A stretch of DNA of 64,000 nucleotides. It comes from Bacteroidales bacterium. GTDB taxonomy: Bacteria > Bacteroidota > Bacteroidia > Bacteroidales > JACABE01. Within the stretch, counting starts at the first letter, position 1. Each line of letters opens with the position of its first letter. Positions 17,872 to 24,141 of this stretch are shown here, one piece after another. The stretch is taken from positions 9,072 to 73,071 of the forward strand of contig JBBRCQ010000010.1 in assembly GCA_038204725.1 (NCBI GenBank). Direction: 5' to 3'. A model generated the notes under the pieces. It searched no databases, was not told the origin of the DNA, and was given only the letters and a program-made list of their open reading frames with translations. Made by a program: the position numbers and the translations under genes.

Positions 17872-18804
17872 TTAGTAAAATACTCTTGTAATATTAAATC
17901 CAAGCATCAATCCACTATGCAAAAAATCATTCTGGTTATAAACCATATTTCGTTGATATGTAATATCATAAGCAGTAGTTACAAATATTTGGAACGAATG
18001 AGCAGAAGTTGCATTTTCAATCCCAATAGCTATATTTGGTTTTGCTTCTTTATACGTATCATTGTCATTCAATTTTTTATACAATTTTGTAAAATTATGA
18101 TCGTATTCACCAAAAAGAGCAATAGTAGGCGTTAAATTAACTTTTGCAATAACAGAAAGTCCAAAGTTGTCATTTCTTCTAAGTCTTACATTGGTCGTAT
18201 CATTTTTGGCATAGGATTCTGCAATATTATAATGTGTATAGGTTGGAGCGATCTGCAAATTTAAAAAATCAGTAATCTTGCGTGAAAACATAATTTCGTG
18301 AAAATATGACAACCTGTGAACATATTTGTAGTTTGCATAGTCAAAATTAGACGATTCTCTCGCATCTAAAACTAAAGAACCATAATAAGTAATTGAAACC
18401 GGTATTTTTCCATTTGTAGTTTGTTCTACAATACCATATTTAATACTCAAGTCCTGTTGTTTGTTAAATTTAGTAGCTCCAATACCAATCTGCAATTTAT
18501 CTGTAATACTATAGTTGAGCCCCAATCTAATATTTGAAGGAGAATAAATACCCCAAAATTCGTCAAAACCATCACTTATTTTACCAAATCTGTGATTAAT
18601 TACAAACTCTAACGTTTTGGCCGGATACATTAATACCGTTTGATTTTCAAGAAATATACCGCTGTTGTATGTGCCGGTAACTGGTTTGTTAGGTTCAGGT
18701 GTTTCCTGAGCAAACAAAAAACTTGTTGCAAAAATTGCAATAAACACAAAGGATGTAAAATATTTAATCAGTATGTGATGTGTTGTTTTTTTTATTGTTA
18801 TCAT
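17872..18804 (-). CDS. Small outer-membrane beta-barrel protein (HRFG-motif family; DUF5777-like from memory)
   Basis: 310 aa. Signal peptide ...SFLFAQE, alternating hydrophobic strands throughout, and a C-terminal ...GFNITRVFY aromatic terminus typical of BAM substrates. Confidence 0.65.
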   Translation of the reverse strand: MITIKKTTHHILIKYFTSFVFIAIFATSFLFAQETPEPNKPVTGTYNSGIFLENQTVLMYPAKTLEFVINHRFGKISDGFDEFWGIYSPSNIRLGLNYSITDKLQIGIGATKFNKQQDLSIKYGIVEQTTNGKIPVSITYYGSLVLDARESSNFDYANYKYVHRLSYFHEIMFSRKITDFLNLQIAPTYTHYNIAESYAKNDTTNVRLRRNDNFGLSVIAKVNLTPTIALFGEYDHNFTKLYKKLNDNDTYKEAKPNIAIGIENATSAHSFQIFVTTAYDITYQRNMVYNQNDFLHSGLMLGFNITRVFY

Positions 18805-18874
18805 AATTTTGTCTTTTTTGTGATTTATATAATAAACTTGAATGTTAACAGTTTCTTGATATGATTATTAAATA

Positions 18875-19246
18875 TTAATTATCCAATGCTCCCGTATCAA
18901 TCCATCCTTTTAAATTGGTTAATTCAGTGGAAGTTAATGATTTACCCTGGTGACTTGCTCCGTTAAATTTCAGAAACAAAATACTTGTAGCAGAACTGTT
19001 AGGAACAACTGCATCTACTAATAAATTAGCTCTAACTGCAGACGGTGTACCGGTTAATGTTAAACCACCAGCAGTACCATGACAGCCTGTGCAATTATAT
19101 TTGGTAAAAATAGGATAAACATCCGTTGAAAATTTTGCATTCGGATTTGGAACGATCACTGTAACTTTAGGTTCAATAGTATCTTTAGTGCAACTTCCAA
19201 GTATCACAAAGATAAAAGCAATTAAAAACAGTACTCTGATTTTCAT
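18875..19246 (-). CDS. Monohaem c-type lipoprotein (PSCyt1-like domain pattern)
   Basis: Start re-set to Met 19246 (MKIRVLFLIAFIFVILGSC, lipobox LGSC). Single CTGCHG in VYPIFTKYNCTGCHGTAGGLTL...LTSTELTNLKGWIDTGA, which resembles the planctomycete-type cytochrome C domain pattern as I remember it. Confidence 0.7.
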   Translation of the reverse strand: MKIRVLFLIAFIFVILGSCTKDTIEPKVTVIVPNPNAKFSTDVYPIFTKYNCTGCHGTAGGLTLTGTPSAVRANLLVDAVVPNSSATSILFLKFNGASHQGKSLTSTELTNLKGWIDTGALDN

Positions 19247-19433
19247 TTTTTTTTTTTTTAGTTTAACATAATTCAATAAAGTATTTCTAACTTTTATATG
19301 CAAAAATATTAAAAAAAACGACACTTGGTATAACATCAACTAAATATAGCCAAATATAAAAATCTATAATTACTTTAACTACCTATCAATCTGAAACATA
19401 TTACAAATCATTAAAACAACAATCATAGATAAA

Positions 19434-19447
19434 TTGACATATATCAA
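19434..19447. promoter_or_regulatory. FNR/CRP-type palindromic box TTGACATATATCAA
   Basis: TTGAC-N4-ATCAA, one mismatch from the TTGAT-N4-ATCAA consensus. Lies 188 bp upstream of the lipoprotein-cytochrome operon start in the divergent intergenic region. Confidence 0.55.
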
Positions 19448-19620
19448 TGATTTTATTAACATAAAATAATTTATTCTTTATTTTAAAAATCAAGCTTAAA
19501 AAGTTGATAGTTACACATAATTGTTTTATGCTGTAATTTTAAATAATATAGTAATCTTATACCTGATATTTTTTTTTTGCACTTTTTTTTTTTTTTTAGT
19601 GTATAAAATATAAATTAGCT

Positions 19621-19660
19621 TATCTTTGTTTCAAATTTCATTTTTTGGTGACAAATGTCA
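19621..19660 (+). promoter_or_regulatory. -7 box TATCTTTG followed by TGACAAATGTCA palindrome (possible promoter and operator of the Crp/Fnr gene)
   Basis: TAnnTTTG match at 19621-19628. A perfect 5+5 palindrome lies at 19649-19660. T10 and T15 tracts sit immediately upstream (19569-19597). Confidence 0.4.
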
Positions 19661-19822
19661 TTTATTTCTGATATTAATATCATAAAAATTAATGCTTAAT
19701 ATTAACTTGTAGATTTATCAACTAAATTAAAAATGACATTTCTGTAGTCAATTATAATATCCTATAATAATATAGGAATCAATAATTAAAATATCAGTTA
19801 AACTTCATAATTATAATAATGT

Positions 19823-20518
19823 ATGGAAGATAAAAAAAATCCTAAACACTGTGGAGCCTGTCTGACAAAGCTTCCTATCTTTAAATCGCTGACTGAAGAA
19901 CAATTTGAATTGGTTAATCAGGTACGTTGCAGAGTTAAATTCCGCCCTGGTGAAATTATATTTAAACAAGGTACAGCCATGACACATATTATCGTTGTCA
20001 ACGAAGGTCTTGTAAAAATTTATCTTGAAGGCATCAACAACCGTAATTTGATACTTCGTTTTGCCAGACCTGTTTCAATAATAGGTGGCCCCGGATTTTT
20101 TACAGATTTTAAAAATCATATAACAACTGTAGCTGTCGAAGAATCCTCAGCTTGTTTTATAGATGTAAATACGATCACTGATTTATTAAAAGTGAATACA
20201 GATTTTGCAATAGATTTATTAAAATGGGTGAATTCTCAAACTTTATCTAATTATTTAAAGTTCATTGAATTAACCCAGAAAGGTATGCATGGAAGAATTG
20301 CCGGGGCTCTGCTTTATTTGCATTCTGAAGTTTTTATCGATAGAAATGGTGAAATCCGGATTAAACGTCAGGATTTAGCTGACCTCACTGCAATGTCAAA
20401 AGAAAGTGCTATCCGTATATTAAAAGAACTCAAAGATGAAAATATCATTTCAGTCGATGGAAATGCAATTATTTTAAATGATATTGCCAGTTTAACACAA
20501 ATTAGTATTAAAGGATAA
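19823..20518 (+). CDS. Crp/Fnr-family transcription regulator with FNR-like cysteines
   Basis: 231 aa with a cNMP-binding-like beta-roll and a C-terminal HTH (RQDLADLTAMSKESAIRILKEL). N-terminal HCGAC and an internal EESSACFIDV. Confidence 0.85.
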   Translation: MEDKKNPKHCGACLTKLPIFKSLTEEQFELVNQVRCRVKFRPGEIIFKQGTAMTHIIVVNEGLVKIYLEGINNRNLILRFARPVSIIGGPGFFTDFKNHITTVAVEESSACFIDVNTITDLLKVNTDFAIDLLKWVNSQTLSNYLKFIELTQKGMHGRIAGALLYLHSEVFIDRNGEIRIKRQDLADLTAMSKESAIRILKELKDENIISVDGNAIILNDIASLTQISIKG

Positions 20519-20632
20519 AATATTTAAGTTTATACTTAATAGATTTTTGTTCAGTTTGTATTGATTTAATTCAGTATTGTTCTTAATTCCATATTCAACA
20601 AACACCAATTATACAAAGCCCGATACTAAACA

Positions 20633-20646
20633 TTGACATTTATCAA
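20633..20646. promoter_or_regulatory. FNR/CRP-type palindromic box TTGACATTTATCAA
   Basis: Same half-sites as the box at 19434. Its centre is about 32 bp upstream of a TACTTTTA -7-like box (20671-20678) and 160 bp upstream of the hexahaem gene. Confidence 0.55.
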
Positions 20647-20801
20647 CATTATTTTGATTATTATCCAAAGTACTTTTAGGAAATGTCAACTGTTTTTTTA
20701 CTGTTTTTTAATTTTTACTCATTATGTTTGCAATGTTTTATACCGTGAAAAATATAACAACAAATTACAAGAATTAAGTATTAATCAAAATTAAAAAACA
20801 A

Positions 20802-22136
20802 ATGAAAAAATTTAACTTTAAATTTTTATTTACAGGAGTCATTATGCTTTCAACAGCATCAATGTTTTTTCTGTCAGGTTGCGCAAAAGATGGCAACGAC
20901 GGTACAGATGGTAAAGATGGTAAAGACGGAGTGGATGCAATTGCAACTTGCAAAATCTGTCATAATGCATCAGTAGTTGATAGTATTGCAACTCAATTTC
21001 AACTTTCAAAACATGAATATGGTTTAGCAGCTGAAGAAGAAGCTGGTAATACTTCTTGTGGTCCATGCCACGAACAAGAAGGATTCAGATATGTTATTAA
21101 AGCCAATACTTCAACACAGTTTCTGATTGTACCACCTGCAACTACCTATTCAAATCCTTATGCAACAACAGCTTCTACTTCATTCGGTTCTTTGGGTTGT
21201 AAAACTTGTCATAGTAGTTTACATACTACATATGGTTATTCTGATATTTCAGCTTTAACCACAACTGCAGCCGTTCCATTAACAATGTGGGGTGGTGCTA
21301 AAACTGTTAACCTTACACAGGATGGCGGAAAAAGTAATTTATGTGTTAGATGTCATCAACCACGTCCATTCACTAATTCTAATACCGACAAAAATGTATT
21401 AAATTATGCTAAATTAGTTAGCAATCCAACTGATACATTTTATAGCTTTACACAAGCAAATACATTAAATGTACTGAAACCTGCTTACAGAACTCATACT
21501 CATTACGGTACTGCAGGTGCAGTTTTCGCAGGTACAGCTGGTGTTGAATTCACAGGTGCTTTAACTTATACCAGTTCAAAACATACTACAGATGTAAGTT
21601 GTCAGGATTGTCACATGGCTCCTATGCAAGGTGCTGCAGGTGGACATACTTTCAAATCAAAAGGCAATTTTAATGGTTGTACTCCATGTCACCCATCAGT
21701 AAATGCAACTTCTCAGGATGCTGCTTACTGGTCAACTCCAAGAGCTGATATCAAAACTTTACTAAACCAACTGGCTGCTAAATTAACTATTGGTGGTGTA
21801 GATATATTAAATAGAAACGGAGATAGTGAATCAAATCTTTGGATAGGTTTAACTACCAATAACTATGATGGTTATTTAAATGTCTATGATCCTATTACCA
21901 ATCCATCAGGCGCAACATACAATACAAGCAGTTTCCGTTTTACAGGAACTCCTCCTTCATCTTGGACTTCAGCCCAAATTGCGTATAACAATTCTTTACC
22001 AAGAATCACCCTAACCAATGCACAAATGGGAGCTATCATCAATTTCCAGATGTGTTTGAGAGATTACAGTTTAGGAATTCACAATTTCAAATATACTAAA
22101 GCATTATTGACAAACTCAATTGCTATGTTACCATAA
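20802..22136 (+). CDS. Hexahaem c-type cytochrome lipoprotein with a collagen-like GXY stretch
   Basis: 444 aa, lipobox FLSGC. Immediately after the Cys comes AKD-GND-GTD-GKD-GKD-GVD. Six CxxCH motifs: CKICH, CGPCH, CKTCH, CVRCH, CQDCH and CTPCH. Confidence 0.8.
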   Translation: MKKFNFKFLFTGVIMLSTASMFFLSGCAKDGNDGTDGKDGKDGVDAIATCKICHNASVVDSIATQFQLSKHEYGLAAEEEAGNTSCGPCHEQEGFRYVIKANTSTQFLIVPPATTYSNPYATTASTSFGSLGCKTCHSSLHTTYGYSDISALTTTAAVPLTMWGGAKTVNLTQDGGKSNLCVRCHQPRPFTNSNTDKNVLNYAKLVSNPTDTFYSFTQANTLNVLKPAYRTHTHYGTAGAVFAGTAGVEFTGALTYTSSKHTTDVSCQDCHMAPMQGAAGGHTFKSKGNFNGCTPCHPSVNATSQDAAYWSTPRADIKTLLNQLAAKLTIGGVDILNRNGDSESNLWIGLTTNNYDGYLNVYDPITNPSGATYNTSSFRFTGTPPSSWTSAQIAYNNSLPRITLTNAQMGAIINFQMCLRDYSLGIHNFKYTKALLTNSIAMLP

Positions 22137-22168
22137 TATATTTTTGAAATAAAATGTAAAATTAAAAA

Positions 22169-22195
22169 AGCTGCCTCCAATGAGGCAGCTTTTTT
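22169..22195 (+). terminator. Rho-independent terminator after the hexahaem gene
   Basis: AGCTGCCTC-CAAT-GAGGCAGCT followed by TTTTT. Confidence 0.8.
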
Positions 22196-22282
22196 AATTT
22201 TTATACATTGGAATTTTGAAAAAGAAAGTGAGAAAACTAAACACAATTATTTTATCCTGAATTTCGGTTAATCATTTTTATC

Positions 22283-22320
22283 AAAAAAAAGAGGTTGTAT
22301 CAAATTTTGATGCAACCTCT
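22283..22320 (-). terminator. Rho-independent terminator after pruA
   Basis: GAGGTTGTATC / GATGCAACCTC stem with one G-U pair, followed on the minus strand by a U8 tract. Confidence 0.75.
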
Positions 22321-22341
22321 TTTTTTAATGTTTTCAAATAA

Positions 22342-23970
22342 TTAATCCTGCATATAAGGATATTTAAAATCTAAGGCCGGATTCAGGGTTTCTTTAATCG
22401 TTCGTGGGCTCACCCAACGTACCAGATTCAGATGACTACCTGCTTTATCATTGGTACCCGATGCTCTGGAACCACCAAAGGGCTGTTGTCCCACCAACGC
22501 ACCCGAAGGCTTATCGTTGAAATAAAAATTACCGGCAGCATAGCGCAACACTTTACAAGCTTTAATCAAAGCATATTTATCACTACTGAATATAGCTCCT
22601 GTTAAAGCATAAGGCGAAGTCTGGTCACAGATTTTTAAGGTTTCGTCAAATTTATCGTCTTCATAAACATAAATAGTCATTACCGGTCCGAAAATCTCTT
22701 CTTCCATAGTCAAAAAATGAGGATTGCTGGTTACAATTATTGTAGGTTCCACAAAATAACCTTTAGAACAATCTCCATTCCCACCCGCAATAATTTCAGC
22801 ATCTTCAGACATTTTAACTTTTTCGATATACGACATAATATTATCGTAAGAATGCTGGTCAATCACTGCATTTACAAAATTATTATAATCGGCTACATCT
22901 CCCATTTTCATACGTGATATCATTTCAAGTATATTCTTTTTAACATCCTTCCATAATGATACTGGAATATAAGTCCTGGATGCTGCCGAACATTTTTGAC
23001 CCTGGTACTCGAAAGCTCCTGAAATGATCGCATTGCTCAATTCCTGTGTTTTTGCGGAACTGTGTGCAAAAATAAAATCTTTGCCTCCCGTTTCTCCAAC
23101 TAATTTCGGATATGATTTGTAAGTAGTTAAATTATCACTCACCTGTTTCCATAATTGCTGGAAAGTATTGCTGGATCCGGTAAAATGAATACCTGCCAGA
23201 TCTTTGTGTTTCATCACAACAGTACTGATAAGACTTCCGGAACCCGGTACAAAGTTAATGACTCCAGCCGGCAAACCAGCTTCTTCAAAAATCTTCATTA
23301 AATAATAATTTGATAATAAAGCAGTAGATGAAGGTTTCCATACTGTCGTATTTCCCATTAATGCAACGGAAGTATTCAGATTGGCAGCAATGGCAGTAAA
23401 GTTAAAAGGTGTAATAGTGTATACAAAACCTTCCAGTGGCCGGTATTCAATACGATTGATCGTTTGCATCCCCGATGTAGGCTGCACTCCATAAATAAGT
23501 GAGGCAAAATACACATTAAATCTCAGATAATCAATCACCTCACAGGCAGCATCGATTTCAGCCTGAAATACATTTTTTCCCTGCCCCAACATAGTGGCTG
23601 CATTTAATACATAACGGTATTTTTTCGAAATCAATTCGGCTGCTTTTAACATAATGGAGGCTCTTTCGTCCCAGGCCAGGTTCATCCATTCTTCTTTGGC
23701 CTGCAATGCAGCATCAATCGCCAGGGTTACTTCTTTTTCTGTTGCCTGATGATAGGTTGCCAATACATGCTGATGATTATGTGGCATTACGACTTTGCCC
23801 ATTTTCCCTGTCTTTATTTCTTTTCCACCTATAATTAATGGAATTTCAATGGTTTGATGGGTTTGCTTTTCCAGTTCTTCAGTCAACATTTTATGTTCAA
23901 TACTTCCTGGCAGATAAGTGTAAATGGGCTCATTCACAGGCTCTCTGAAATTATACCTTGCGTTGTTCAT
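22342..23970 (-). CDS. pruA: L-glutamate gamma-semialdehyde (1-pyrroline-5-carboxylate) dehydrogenase
   Basis: 542 aa aldehyde dehydrogenase fold (ETGGKDF, GQKCSA catalytic Cys). The N-terminus MNNARYNFREPVNEP is typical of long P5CDH. Confidence 0.85.
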   Translation of the reverse strand: MNNARYNFREPVNEPIYTYLPGSIEHKMLTEELEKQTHQTIEIPLIIGGKEIKTGKMGKVVMPHNHQHVLATYHQATEKEVTLAIDAALQAKEEWMNLAWDERASIMLKAAELISKKYRYVLNAATMLGQGKNVFQAEIDAACEVIDYLRFNVYFASLIYGVQPTSGMQTINRIEYRPLEGFVYTITPFNFTAIAANLNTSVALMGNTTVWKPSSTALLSNYYLMKIFEEAGLPAGVINFVPGSGSLISTVVMKHKDLAGIHFTGSSNTFQQLWKQVSDNLTTYKSYPKLVGETGGKDFIFAHSSAKTQELSNAIISGAFEYQGQKCSAASRTYIPVSLWKDVKKNILEMISRMKMGDVADYNNFVNAVIDQHSYDNIMSYIEKVKMSEDAEIIAGGNGDCSKGYFVEPTIIVTSNPHFLTMEEEIFGPVMTIYVYEDDKFDETLKICDQTSPYALTGAIFSSDKYALIKACKVLRYAAGNFYFNDKPSGALVGQQPFGGSRASGTNDKAGSHLNLVRWVSPRTIKETLNPALDFKYPYMQD

Positions 23971-24141
23971 TTTTTTTATAATTTATAAATTTTCGATATG
24001 TATATTTTTACAATTCGTTGCAAAACTATGAATATTTGCTGTATTAACATAATTTTATTTACTTTTGTTTAGAATTTCTCATTAAAAAGCATCGTTATAC
24101 AATTTCAAAAAATTACGAATCAACTAAGTAAGCACAAAATT

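Noticed and set aside
17872-18804. The barrel as an MtrB/Pcc-type porin enclosing a multihaem cytochrome
   Set aside because: At 310 aa it is roughly half the size of the 20-26-strand MtrB/OmbB porins. The canonical porin-cytochrome model does not fit, so I kept only the weaker split-Cyc2-like idea.
18875-19339. Longer 154-aa version of the lipoprotein cytochrome from the ORF track, and likewise the long N-termini at 17869, 7971, 30159 and 56892
   Set aside because: The upstream extensions lack signal-peptide character or overlap the preceding gene. Internal Mets give canonical signal or lipobox sequences, or clean gene junctions.
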